Below, piece after piece: positions 46,062 to 56,180 of a DNA stretch of 64,000 bases. A program made the position numbers and the translations under genes. Every line of letters begins with the position of its first letter. Positions within the stretch are counted from its first letter, which is position 1. The stretch is from a virus (taxonomy: Duplodnaviria > Caudoviricetes). A model generated the notes under the pieces. That model ran no database searches. It had not been told where the DNA came from and saw only the letters and a list, made by a program, of their open reading frames with translations. The stretch covers positions 32,001 through 96,000 of IMG/VR virus record IMGVR_UViG_3300027804_000038, one strand, 5' to 3'.

Positions 46062-47943
46062 AAATTTTAACTGCGCTAAATGGAGGTGGTAATTGTATAC
46101 CGCCCTCTAGTTTACCATTTATTTTTTGTTCTTTATCTTGTCCTTTCATTTGTGCAAACATTGCCATAAGACCTAAATTAGGAGTACCATCAGGATTTGG
46201 TCCTGTTGGTAAACCTGATTTTTGCATGTTCTCAATACCATTAATAAACGCTCTATTAGGTGAGTAACCTGGTAACAATGAAGATAATTGTAAAAGTGGG
46301 AATGGTATTATTTGAGGGTTTAATTTTGGTATTAAATTAAATAACTGTAAAATAGCGTCAATAACACTCTTACATTTCCTATAGTCATCAACTAAAGCAA
46401 TTATAGTTTTGGCTAAATTAACTAATCTTTCAATCATTAAATAAACTGTACCTTCTTCGTCTTTTGTAATATCAATAATAATTGACCTAACTAAATTTCT
46501 AATATCTTTTTTAATCTCGTTAAACAGAATCTCAATAAAAAGAGCCCCTATTCGTGAGATTAATTGTTTCATGAATTCTTTATTTTGTTTTATAAAATTA
46601 GTAATACCTGTAATTGTTTCATCATAAAGAACCCCTAACGCTTTTATCATAACTAAAAATGGAAAAAGTACTTTAGGAGATAAAATAGTTGAAATTAATG
46701 CTAATGGTAAATTTTTTATAAAATCAGTATCTATAGTTATTTTTATTTGATTAGGATATGGAAATTGTAACTGCCATTCGGGTAAATTAGATAATGTCGT
46801 AGAAGTGTTATTAAGGACATCCTCCAAGTTACTACCATCATCCGAAACAAAAGATATGTTTTCAAATAAGGACTCTGTGTTTATTGGTAATTCTACATTA
46901 TCACAAGTCTCAAATGTTATTATACCTCTTTTAACTTGAGATGTTTTTTCTTCAATAATTGAGGTGTCGATATTTGTTATATCAAAAAAACTATCATTAG
47001 TATCGTCTAATTCAGGTGTTTTAGATTGACCTCCAACAGATATTTCAGATTCTTCGTCAAAACATAATCCTAATATTCTTTGAACCAATAATCCGAATTT
47101 ATTTTTGTCATCAATAGTCGCGATACCATACCCAATTTCAATAGAAACTATACCGAAAATAGAATCTAATAGTTGGGTAATTAGTGCCTTAAAATCAAAT
47201 AAGTTAATTGTCTGATAATAATCAACAATAAATTCTGAAATTTTATTTACACCATTTGGTCTGTCATATAAAGTAACTTTAAACCATCCACCTGGCTCAT
47301 TAGTTATTGGATTAACGTCAAAATATTGTAAATCAAATAAGTCATTTGATGATAGTCCTTTATAAGGGTTTAAAAATTCTGAAGATAAAGGTTGCGAACT
47401 CTCAATCAACTTTCTAAACATCTGATTTGAGCTCCTTGGGATATTATTAGATGTTGCGTCATTAAAGTCATTTGGTTCGTACATAACCTTACCTGTTTTT
47501 GAATCAATTGGTTTCATTAATAATTTTAATAAATCAAATGATTGTACTCTAACATAAAATGACCCACTACTATATACTTGTTCTAAATCACACCCTAAAG
47601 CTTTTATAATTTCCTCAACTAAAATATTTTGTAGTTGAGGTTTCATAACTCTAATTGCCCTTACTAACTTTTTAATTAAAAACTGTGCGGTATCAGGACC
47701 TGCACCTTTATTAGACTGTATTAGATTTATTAATTTTCCAAACTGACCTTCTACCTTTTTTTTAATTTGTTGGTTAATTTCGGCTTGGTCTAATTGGAAT
47801 TTAGAAAAATCAAAATTAGGCTGAGTAAAATTTTCAGCTTTCTTTTGAGCGTTTTTTATTGCGGACTTAACTTCAGTAAATTCTTTGTAAGCCTTTAATC
47901 TACTTTTCGCGTCATCATAACTATTTTCTAAATCTATTGCCAT
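46045..47943 (-). CDS. 632-aa hypothetical, probably structural
   Basis: Long ORF in the baseplate-side operon. Confidence 0.75.
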   Translation of the reverse strand: MAIDLENSYDDAKSRLKAYKEFTEVKSAIKNAQKKAENFTQPNFDFSKFQLDQAEINQQIKKKVEGQFGKLINLIQSNKGAGPDTAQFLIKKLVRAIRVMKPQLQNILVEEIIKALGCDLEQVYSSGSFYVRVQSFDLLKLLMKPIDSKTGKVMYEPNDFNDATSNNIPRSSNQMFRKLIESSQPLSSEFLNPYKGLSSNDLFDLQYFDVNPITNEPGGWFKVTLYDRPNGVNKISEFIVDYYQTINLFDFKALITQLLDSIFGIVSIEIGYGIATIDDKNKFGLLVQRILGLCFDEESEISVGGQSKTPELDDTNDSFFDITNIDTSIIEEKTSQVKRGIITFETCDNVELPINTESLFENISFVSDDGSNLEDVLNNTSTTLSNLPEWQLQFPYPNQIKITIDTDFIKNLPLALISTILSPKVLFPFLVMIKALGVLYDETITGITNFIKQNKEFMKQLISRIGALFIEILFNEIKKDIRNLVRSIIIDITKDEEGTVYLMIERLVNLAKTIIALVDDYRKCKSVIDAILQLFNLIPKLNPQIIPFPLLQLSSLLPGYSPNRAFINGIENMQKSGLPTGPNPDGTPNLGLMAMFAQMKGQDKEQKINGKLEGGIQLPPPFSAVKIYGKQV

Positions 47944-48305
47944 TACATACTAAATTGTTCACCATCCGATTCAATATCTTTTTCTATTAATCCATGTAAT
48001 AAATCTTCATCCATTTCAGTAATATCAAACGATTCTTCTTTTGAACTTTGCTTTTCCCAAATACCTGACTGTAGTTTTGAAAGTTGTAATTTTTTTTCTA
48101 CACAGTCATTTATTATTTTTTGTTGTTTTTCGATTACTGGACCAATTAATGTCATATCCTCAGGTTCTTTCATCATAGAAACCATTTTGTTTTGGATTCT
48201 AATCGCCGTAGACCTCTGCTCAACCAACTCATTATAGATTTCTTGCATTAGAGTTAGTATTGAATCTTTAGTAAACTTTATTTCCTTTCTTTTTGGTTTT
48301 GCCAT
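47943..48305 (-). CDS. Hypothetical coiled-coil protein
   Basis: 120 aa; TATTTAT box at 48309-48316. Confidence 0.75.
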   Translation of the reverse strand: MAKPKRKEIKFTKDSILTLMQEIYNELVEQRSTAIRIQNKMVSMMKEPEDMTLIGPVIEKQQKIINDCVEKKLQLSKLQSGIWEKQSSKEESFDITEMDEDLLHGLIEKDIESDGEQFSM

Positions 48306-48331
48306 AATAATAAATATAAATTTACTTTTTT

Positions 48332-49084
48332 TTATTCATCATCTTCAGACGGTGAAATTAACTTTAAGTATATTTTTTTATATTTTTTCATAGACGACCT
48401 AATTTCTTTAGTTGACATGTTAGTAATTTCCCTAAGAGACAATAAAATAACATTTTTGTTAAATTTATTATTATCACTAGCTGGAAAAATAGTTTCGTAG
48501 TTTTCAAAAATATCACTTAAAGCTAAACCTAATTTATACTCGTTTTCGTTTAAATCTTCATCTTCTAAAACTTCTTTTATTAAATTAATTAAAGTTGGTA
48601 TTATATGACTATCGTCTTCTGGTTCTATATCCAGATAATAAACCATATCTTTATTGTTTTCTAAGTCACTTGAAATGTCTTCGTATGATATTTTTCTATT
48701 GAATTCTTTTTGGTCTTTTAATATTTGACCCATTAAATAGTTTTTACATATTGTACCAAAATACGAATATGCCTTTTTTTCTTTACTAGGTACAAATTTA
48801 TCTACCTTAGTCATTAAAAAAGAATGAGTGTCTGTATGGATTTCGTTAAAATCCATGTCTTTTCTGTACAATTTGTACCTTCTTATAATTGATGAAATCA
48901 TTTTATCTAATGGATATCTCAAATATTCATTATATATTTTATTTTTTTCATCAAATGTAGTGGCGGTCAGAAACATTCTAACCGCCATTTCTTCTCTAAC
49001 ATCGAAATAATTCTCGTTTTGAGATTTCTTTGTTCTTTTTCCTTCGGAAACATTTATAGTGATAGAAGATGCAGTTATTAACAT
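48332..49084 (-). CDS. Phage late sigma-factor-like protein (T4 gp55-like)
   Basis: ENYF.....AV..F, KMISSIIRRYK, KF.PSK.KKAYSYFGTICKNYL region-2-like motif. Confidence 0.7.
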   Translation of the reverse strand: MLITASSITINVSEGKRTKKSQNENYFDVREEMAVRMFLTATTFDEKNKIYNEYLRYPLDKMISSIIRRYKLYRKDMDFNEIHTDTHSFLMTKVDKFVPSKEKKAYSYFGTICKNYLMGQILKDQKEFNRKISYEDISSDLENNKDMVYYLDIEPEDDSHIIPTLINLIKEVLEDEDLNENEYKLGLALSDIFENYETIFPASDNNKFNKNVILLSLREITNMSTKEIRSSMKKYKKIYLKLISPSEDDE

Positions 49085-49887
49085 TAAGCATTTTCTAAAT
49101 ATTTTATATTTCTATCATCAACAAAATAATATTCTTTTTTTGCGGTAGAAATCCAAAACTTCACCTCGTCCTCCGATAATCTAGTATCCCCATTTTTGTA
49201 TTCCCAAAATAAAGATTCATCTCTCATATTAACGTGTTTGTATCCAATTCTTGGGATTGTCATAATTTTTACTGAATTGTATGTCATTCTTAAAAGAAAT
49301 TCATAAACAAATGTTAGTTTCATGCTTGATTTAAATCCCCCAAAATTTTCTAAAACTTCTTTTTTAATAACCATTCCTGCGGTTTGGAAATTTTGATAAT
49401 TATGTAACATATCATTTGTCAATATTCCCATTTCTTGTGCGAAATTGGCTGCAAAGGTTGCTTCATTTGTGAATCCCGCAAAAGAAAGTTTGTTATCAAC
49501 ATCAATTACAATTGGTAAAAATGCTTCTGAATCTGGATATATGTCAGAATATTTTTTTACATTTTTAAACCATATTTGAGAATATTCATCATCAAACTCA
49601 AAAAATGAAATCCATTCTGATTTAGATTCTTTAATACCTAAATTTATTTGTGACGAATAATTTGGTTCACCATCGTACAACACTTTATTTACTTCTAAAC
49701 CTGTAAAATCAAAAGAGTTTAAAAAATTAACTAAAGTTTCTTCATTAGTGTGAACAATAACTAATTCTTTAGGTTTTACCTGTTGAGTCCTAATAGAGTC
49801 TATTGCTTTTTTAAAAAAATCTTCAAAATCTTTTACCTTAGAAGATTTAATAGGTAGTATTACTGATAAATTTAAAATGTTTTCCAT
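49084..49887 (-). CDS. GT-A (GT2-like) glycosyltransferase
   Basis: LSVILPI...SIRTQ...ELVIV; WISFFEFDDEY; stop overlaps the sigma start. Confidence 0.75.
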   Translation of the reverse strand: MENILNLSVILPIKSSKVKDFEDFFKKAIDSIRTQQVKPKELVIVHTNEETLVNFLNSFDFTGLEVNKVLYDGEPNYSSQINLGIKESKSEWISFFEFDDEYSQIWFKNVKKYSDIYPDSEAFLPIVIDVDNKLSFAGFTNEATFAANFAQEMGILTNDMLHNYQNFQTAGMVIKKEVLENFGGFKSSMKLTFVYEFLLRMTYNSVKIMTIPRIGYKHVNMRDESLFWEYKNGDTRLSEDEVKFWISTAKKEYYFVDDRNIKYLENA

Positions 49888-49892
49888 ATTTT

Positions 49893-50954
49893 TTACGATT
49901 CAATTGTTTGGTGTTTATTCAATTCTCCCTCAAATATTTTTGTCCTAATCTCACTATAATGATTAAATGTTTTAACTACTTCTTCTTTAAAGTTATTCTC
50001 GTTTGAGAACTTTTCTACGGTCTCGTAACCCCCTTCGTATAATTTATCAGAAATATTATCCTCTAACCAATTCTGTATAAAATCCGCAACCAAGTCTGGT
50101 AATCTAATAATATCTTGAACCCAAATACCGTTATTTTCATTTATCCAAGAAGGTACCATTTTTGGAAGTTTACCCATTACAGGAACACCCGATTTCATAG
50201 ATTCTAGTGGGTAGGTTCCAAATGAACTGATGTCGTCAATCCAAATAGATAACATACAATCTTTAAGAGTATTTGCAAATTGTTCTTGAGAAACTCCCAT
50301 CATATCTCTAAATGATATCCATCTATATTGAGGAAATTTTACATAGAATAATTTAATAAAATTAATTGAATCTCTATGTTCTCTTGAATGAATTGCAATA
50401 ATTGGCTTTGCAGGATATGTAGGCTTTTCAAACACATTTGAAATTGTTGGTTCAATAACATCAATTGACGTATTTCTCATTACTGATGAAATATATTCTT
50501 TCATTTTTTCAGATGTAGTAATACATTTTGTAAATCCAAATTGACCCCATGTTTGTCCAGGTTGCAAAGTTTCAAAAATGTAATCATATGATTGACATAA
50601 TACTATCTTAGCACAAGGAAGATTAACTAATTGAGGCATTACATATCCTAAAATTTCAGGAACAATTATCGTATCCTCTGGAGATATTGCCAAATTCTTA
50701 CCCTCAACAGAGATGTGTTCGAGATTTTCCATGTATTTTGAACCTAACCAATCCTGTACTCCAAAATAATCGGGTTTTTCATGTAAAATAATTGCATTAT
50801 GACCATTTTCTTTTAATGATAAAGCCATGTCATAAATGTATTTAATAGACGCTTTAGCATTACCCTTAGTGTCTTGTACAAAAAAATAAATTCTAGCTGA
50901 TTTATTTTTTAAATTTTCAATAGATTGTTCTAATTTTTTTACTATTTCGCTCAT
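49893..50954 (-). CDS. GT-B (GT4-like) glycosyltransferase
   Basis: FGTYPLESMKSGVPVMG (ExxxxGxPV) signature. Confidence 0.75.
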   Translation of the reverse strand: MSEIVKKLEQSIENLKNKSARIYFFVQDTKGNAKASIKYIYDMALSLKENGHNAIILHEKPDYFGVQDWLGSKYMENLEHISVEGKNLAISPEDTIIVPEILGYVMPQLVNLPCAKIVLCQSYDYIFETLQPGQTWGQFGFTKCITTSEKMKEYISSVMRNTSIDVIEPTISNVFEKPTYPAKPIIAIHSREHRDSINFIKLFYVKFPQYRWISFRDMMGVSQEQFANTLKDCMLSIWIDDISSFGTYPLESMKSGVPVMGKLPKMVPSWINENNGIWVQDIIRLPDLVADFIQNWLEDNISDKLYEGGYETVEKFSNENNFKEEVVKTFNHYSEIRTKIFEGELNKHQTIES

Positions 50955-50963
50955 ATACTATTA

Positions 50964-51230
50964 TTAATAATGTTTTATAATTTTTTCATTAAGGAATGTG
51001 TTAAAGGCCAATTTAAATGGAACACTTACAGATGATTTTGGACCTAAAGTTTCATCAACATCATCTCTCTCAGTCATTAAAATCTCCATAAGAAGTTTAA
51101 CCATTTCGTATTTAACGTATTTTATTTGTTGTTCACTTGTACCTCCACTAAGGGGTACAATTTCTAAATTAACTACCTTTTCAATTTCATCTAAATCGAT
51201 ATAATAGTGTTCATTAAATAATTTAAGCAT
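50964..51230 (-). CDS. Hypothetical protein
   Basis: 88-aa ORF in operon. Confidence 0.7.
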   Translation of the reverse strand: MLKLFNEHYYIDLDEIEKVVNLEIVPLSGGTSEQQIKYVKYEMVKLLMEILMTERDDVDETLGPKSSVSVPFKLAFNTFLNEKIIKHY

Positions 51231-51876
51231 TTTTTATTTTTTTGGTAATCTCTTCTAATTCCTTTAAATTTTTAATTAAGTACTCAGATTCGATGTGTTT
51301 ATTATATGATGTCTCGTATTTAACGATTATCTTATTAGAATAATTAATAATAATATCAGGATTAGAAGTAACTATTAAATCAAATTCACCCAATATTTTA
51401 TTTTTAGTTACAGGATTATAAAATATAACCGATTCTACTAAACACCCAAATTTAGACAAGAAAAACAAAGTCGCTGGCTTGCTTTTACCCATTTCATCTG
51501 ATATTATTACAATATCATTATCTTCTCTATTATTTAAATAAAAATCATTAAAGTCATTGAATGTTGTCATTTCGCTTGATGGGGCATGACCAAAGATTTC
51601 CATAACATATTCCTCAAACAGAAAAGAATATTCTTCATCTTTATTTTGAAATTTAAAGTGGTTAGATAGCTCTAAACTATTAACAGGTAAATTAGTTTCA
51701 TATTTAAAAGGTAATGTTTCAGTTTGATTTAATTCAGTATTACCTGAGATATCTAAATTATATGTTTGATTGACATACTCATTTTCATATTCATCTATTA
51801 AATTTTTTTGGTAAACTTGGGTAATTTTCTCAATAGTATCCCTAAGAACACCGTTAACTTCAATCCCTATCTTCAT
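51223..51876 (-). CDS. HAD-fold 5'(3')-nucleotidase-like protein with degenerate catalytic motifs
   Basis: MKIGIEVNGVLRD where IGIDxDGV is expected; KPATLFFL; the motif IV acidic pair is missing. Confidence 0.6.
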   Translation of the reverse strand: MKIGIEVNGVLRDTIEKITQVYQKNLIDEYENEYVNQTYNLDISGNTELNQTETLPFKYETNLPVNSLELSNHFKFQNKDEEYSFLFEEYVMEIFGHAPSSEMTTFNDFNDFYLNNREDNDIVIISDEMGKSKPATLFFLSKFGCLVESVIFYNPVTKNKILGEFDLIVTSNPDIIINYSNKIIVKYETSYNKHIESEYLIKNLKELEEITKKIKNA

Positions 51877-52594
51877 ATCTTTCTAAAATTTTACTTATTA
51901 GTGGATTACGAACAACGTCCCCATCCCCAAATTCATGAATCCCAATTTCAGAAACGTTTTTAAATCTATCTAAAGCATCCCAAAGACCTGAATGTTTTTT
52001 ATCTTTATATCTATCAGTTTGTTCTAAGTCACCTGATATAAAAAACTTACTATCCTTTCCAATACGAGTTAAAAGTAATTTCATTTGTTTAGGAGTTGCG
52101 TTCTGAGCCTCTTCGAAAATTAAAATAGAATTATCTATATTCATCCCTCTCATATAAGCTAAAGCAAAGACTTCAATAACTTCCATAGCTTTTAACTTTT
52201 CACGAGATTCTTTGCCTATTATTTTATTTAAAAGATAATATGATGGAAAGATGTACGGGTCCAATTTCTCCTCAACATTGCCAGGTAATGAACCTAATTT
52301 TTCTTCAGCTTCAACCGCTGGACGTACAATAATTATTTTTTCATAAGGTGATGAATGGTCAGATAGTAAATCTACCGCTGCTTTCATTGCGATGAAACTT
52401 TTACCGACACCAGCTGGACCTGAACAAATAGTTATTTGATTACTTTTAAGTTTATCATAATATTCTCTCTGACTTTGTGTTAAAAACTTATCTCTGCTTT
52501 TTTTAATCAAATTAGAAATTTGGTCTTTTTTTGATATTTTTGGTCTTAATTCCCCAGGTAAATCATTACTTTCTTTTGTTTTTTTTCTTGTCAT
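51860..52594 (-). CDS. phoH: PhoH-family ATPase
   Basis: GPAGVGKS, RPAVEAEEKLG.LPG, YMRG, EEAQN, LLTRIG...GD..Q.D. Confidence 0.95.
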   Translation of the reverse strand: MTRKKTKESNDLPGELRPKISKKDQISNLIKKSRDKFLTQSQREYYDKLKSNQITICSGPAGVGKSFIAMKAAVDLLSDHSSPYEKIIIVRPAVEAEEKLGSLPGNVEEKLDPYIFPSYYLLNKIIGKESREKLKAMEVIEVFALAYMRGMNIDNSILIFEEAQNATPKQMKLLLTRIGKDSKFFISGDLEQTDRYKDKKHSGLWDALDRFKNVSEIGIHEFGDGDVVRNPLISKILERYEDRD

Positions 52595-52603
52595 AATTTA
52601 ATT

Positions 52604-53596
52604 TTAATCATTATTATTTTTTTTGTTGTCATAGTATACCATCCAGTAGTCAATCATTTCATCTAACATTGACTCAAACGTATACTCATGAGTCCATCCA
52701 GTTGCGTTTACAAGTTTAGAAGAATCTCCTTTTAGATTATTTAATTCTTCAGGTCTCAAAAATTTTTCATCTTGTTTAATATATTCAGACCAATGTAGAC
52801 CCAATCTAGTGAAAACATAATTTACAAGTTCCTTTACAGAATGAGAAACTCCTGTCGCACAAACAAAATCATCTGGATTATCTAATTGTAATATTTCCCA
52901 CATTGCTTTTACATAATCTTTAGCGTGCCCCCAATCACGAGTTGCGTCTAAATTACCTAATTTTAATTCGTTTGATAACCCCAATTTAATTTTAACTGCC
53001 TCCTTACATACTTTATTTGTTACAAAGTTTGTCCCCCTTCTTGGTGATTCGTGATTAAATAATATTCCGTTCGAAATAAACATACCATATGAATTTCTAT
53101 AATTACGACATATATTGTAACTAAAAACTTTTGCACATCCATATGGAGATACTGGATTCATCGGTGTTGTTTCTCTTTGGAATCCGTCAGAATCAATTGA
53201 ATTACCAAACATTTCTGATGATGACGCTTGATATATTTTAGTATCAGGTTTAACTAATTTAACGGCTTCAAGTAAATTTAATGTACCTAATCCTGTAACA
53301 TTAGATGTATAAATTGGCTGGTCAAATGAAATCCTAACGTGAGATTGTGCCGCTAAATTATAAATCTCATCAGGTTTTATTTTTTGAATTACTGAAATTA
53401 ATGATGATATGTCAGTCAAATCTGCATAATGAAGTTTTACTTCATTATAAACTTCATTTAATCTAGAAGTTTGATTTTCAGAGACTGAGTTTCTTTTTAG
53501 AGTACCGTGAACCTCATAACCCTTTTCTAATAAAAATTCAGATAAATATGAACCATCCTGACCATTAATTCCTGTAATAAGTGCAATTTTATTCAT
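52604..53596 (-). CDS. gmd: GDP-mannose 4,6-dehydratase
   Basis: ALITGINGQDGSYL, YNLAAQSHV, YQASSSEMFG, SPYGCAK, NHESPRRG, RDWGHAKDY. Confidence 0.97.
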   Translation of the reverse strand: MNKIALITGINGQDGSYLSEFLLEKGYEVHGTLKRNSVSENQTSRLNEVYNEVKLHYADLTDISSLISVIQKIKPDEIYNLAAQSHVRISFDQPIYTSNVTGLGTLNLLEAVKLVKPDTKIYQASSSEMFGNSIDSDGFQRETTPMNPVSPYGCAKVFSYNICRNYRNSYGMFISNGILFNHESPRRGTNFVTNKVCKEAVKIKLGLSNELKLGNLDATRDWGHAKDYVKAMWEILQLDNPDDFVCATGVSHSVKELVNYVFTRLGLHWSEYIKQDEKFLRPEELNNLKGDSSKLVNATGWTHEYTFESMLDEMIDYWMVYYDNKKNNND

Positions 53597-53994
53597 TATT
53601 TTTTTGTGTTTTTAATTTTTAAAAATTCATCAAAGTCAAGAATGTAGTCATTTTTATCATACTCTGTTGAACAGATAACTAATAAAACGGAGTCTTCCGA
53701 TAAAAATTTTTGGGAGTCCCATATTAGTTTATCAACTAATACAAATTCACCCTTTCTTATTGTTGTTATTTTTTCTGATATACCGTCATGTAAAATAACT
53801 TCAATGGTTCCTGATACACATATTAGAATTTGAATAGTTTCAAAATGAGAGTGATTACCTCTAATTGTATTTTTTGGGACATTACTAACGGTAAAAACTC
53901 TTTGTGGTTTAAATGGGAAATGACTAAAGTCAACAGGTATTAAATCACCTCTTAAATCGCTAAATATACTTAATTTATTTATTTTTTTTTCCAT
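53596..53994 (-). CDS. fdtA: Sugar 3,4-ketoisomerase (FdtA/QdtA cupin)
   Basis: DLRGDL, QRVF.V, RGNHSH, Q.LIC.SG, EYDKNDYI.DFDEF. Confidence 0.85.
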   Translation of the reverse strand: MEKKINKLSIFSDLRGDLIPVDFSHFPFKPQRVFTVSNVPKNTIRGNHSHFETIQILICVSGTIEVILHDGISEKITTIRKGEFVLVDKLIWDSQKFLSEDSVLLVICSTEYDKNDYILDFDEFLKIKNTKK

Positions 53995-54905
53995 TCTTTA
54001 ATTAAACTAATGATATGGTTAATATCAAAATTTGTCAATTCTTCATGGAAAGGTATAGATACTGTCGTAAGTGAATCAATTTCAGATAAAGGACAGTTTG
54101 AATCTTTTTTAAAATATACAGGGTGGTTATGCAACGATTCATAGTGTATTCCACAAATCACACCATTTTGACGCATAAATGAAATAAATTCGTTTCTATT
54201 ATTTACTGAAATTCGATATAGGTGATTGCTAATATTATCATAACCTAATTCTTTGTTATAAATTTCTCTAATTTCATTTAATTTAGATAATTTGTTTTCG
54301 TATTTTTTAAAGTTTCTAAATGCAATATCACATTGTATACTGTTCATGTACATTTTATAACCAGGAAATTTAATTTTCCTTTCCCAGTTATTGTCAGAAT
54401 ATGACATTCCATTTAATGCCATCTCTTTTAATTTTACTATTTTATCTAAATCATTAGATACTATCATACCACCATCACAAGACCCTACTGGTTTAGTTGG
54501 GTAAAAACTAAATATCATTAAATCTTGCGGATTACATTCATTAATAAATTGATTTTTTTCTAGTTTTTGCGCGGAGTCTATTACTTTATAATCCCCAAAA
54601 TCATGTAGTAAATACGAGTTTCCCACCCAATTTATATCATCATAAAATTCATAATTATTGCCTGAGGTTATTATGGCGTTAACAACAACTGGAGGTATAA
54701 TACTTGGAATTTTAACTTTTAAATTTTTATACTGTAAAAAAAGTAAAAAAATAGCACTTGTTGCACTATTAAAACTTACCCCATGCTTAGCCCCAACGTA
54801 TTCACAAATTGAAGACTCGAATTCGGTGACAATATTATCATGTAATAAATTACTATAATTTGAAGTGTCAATTGTGTGGTTGTTTATGTTAAATAAATTT
54901 ATCAT
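53979..54905 (-). CDS. DegT/DnrJ/EryC1 sugar aminotransferase
   Basis: FE..I.EYVGAK..V..NSATSA, IDSAQ, FSFYPTKPVGSCDGG (PLP Lys). Confidence 0.85.
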   Translation of the reverse strand: MINLFNINNHTIDTSNYSNLLHDNIVTEFESSICEYVGAKHGVSFNSATSAIFLLFLQYKNLKVKIPSIIPPVVVNAIITSGNNYEFYDDINWVGNSYLLHDFGDYKVIDSAQKLEKNQFINECNPQDLMIFSFYPTKPVGSCDGGMIVSNDLDKIVKLKEMALNGMSYSDNNWERKIKFPGYKMYMNSIQCDIAFRNFKKYENKLSKLNEIREIYNKELGYDNISNHLYRISVNNRNEFISFMRQNGVICGIHYESLHNHPVYFKKDSNCPLSEIDSLTTVSIPFHEELTNFDINHIISLIKEWKKK

Positions 54906-55702
54906 ATTAATTTATAAAATTTATAGTCATTATTACCCCCATTTCTATATAGTTCTTTCCAAAAAACATCCCTGAAGTAGTCGCTATTATTTTTGTAATT
55001 TACAACCCAATCGTAACTATGAATTATTTTTTTATTTTTATTACCGCAAAAAGATGCGGATATTACAAAAGTCGATGGAGATGAAATAACATATTTACAT
55101 TCTGAAATTTTAGTAAAATCTTCTTTAAAATTAGACACATTTCCAGTAGAATAACCAATTTTTAAAAAATTTAAATACTCAATAGTTTTAATATAGGATT
55201 CTAAATTTGTGTCATCAGAAAATAAAATATAATTATAGTCTTCTTCATTTATTTCAGACCTAACAAAATCTATACTATTTTTATAATATTCAAAAGGTAA
55301 TATTGATTTAGGGTCCCATTGATGAAAGTCTCCACCTCTAAAATGAATTGCCACATTTTTTTTGGTTAAATCTATATTCTTATATTTAAAAATATCGTAG
55401 GTAGACAAAGTAGAAAATTCATAAAAATACTCTAATAATGAAGGTTCTAAATAATATATTTTATCATTATCTAATGATACCTCAAATTTATTTTTTATTA
55501 GAAAATTAACATCTAATATTTCATATTGTTCTTTATTATATTCTCTTGTTTTATTTCCAACCTCAAATAACTCTAGTCCATTAAATTCAGTAAAAAAATA
55601 ATCTTGATTATAAAATTTAGATATCTGTATTAAATTATTTAATCCTATTATTTTATTACCAAATTGGTACCCATTCCAATTATTAAAATTAGTAATAATC
55701 AT
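54902..55702 (-). CDS. GT11 (alpha-1,2-fucosyltransferase-like) glycosyltransferase
   Basis: FGN.I, AIHFRGGDF, YY..SI, FSDD, ISSPSTF. Confidence 0.75.
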   Translation of the reverse strand: MIITNFNNWNGYQFGNKIIGLNNLIQISKFYNQDYFFTEFNGLELFEVGNKTREYNKEQYEILDVNFLIKNKFEVSLDNDKIYYLEPSLLEYFYEFSTLSTYDIFKYKNIDLTKKNVAIHFRGGDFHQWDPKSILPFEYYKNSIDFVRSEINEEDYNYILFSDDTNLESYIKTIEYLNFLKIGYSTGNVSNFKEDFTKISECKYVISSPSTFVISASFCGNKNKKIIHSYDWVVNYKNNSDYFRDVFWKELYRNGGNNDYKFYKLI

Positions 55703-55703
55703 A

Positions 55704-56177
55704 TTAGTATTTTATTTTAAATTTTGACATAGTATCCACAGATTCTAATAGTTCTAAAAATTTTAAAGCTTTTTTATATTCAGGTCTAAAAAAATCATGT
55801 ATAAATACAATAGTATTTTCATTACCTAAAAGATTACAGATTGACGCACATGATACTCTAGCTCTACCATCTATTAAAATAACATCAAAAGGGGCGTAAT
55901 TTAGTGGTGAATTAACATATGTATAAAACTCTTCATAAGAACCGTCATCTCCACCTTCGGTATAATCTAAATCAGGTGCGGAGTATATTAAAGTACAATT
56001 ATTTGGTTTTTTTTTAGATATATCCTTATACCAATTTTCTTGATGCTCAACTGAGACTATTGTTTTACACCTATTGGCAATTTCTATTGTAGAATACCCA
56101 CTTCCATACTCCAAAACTTTTTTTGTTTCATCAATGTGGGACATAAAAAAAAATTCTTCAGATTTGTTAGCGAACAT
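55704..56177 (-). CDS. SAM-dependent methyltransferase
   Basis: VLEYGSGYST, SVEHQENW, DVILIDGRAR. Confidence 0.8.
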   Translation of the reverse strand: MFANKSEEFFFMSHIDETKKVLEYGSGYSTIEIANRCKTIVSVEHQENWYKDISKKKPNNCTLIYSAPDLDYTEGGDDGSYEEFYTYVNSPLNYAPFDVILIDGRARVSCASICNLLGNENTIVFIHDFFRPEYKKALKFLELLESVDTMSKFKIKY

Positions 56178-56180
56178 AAT

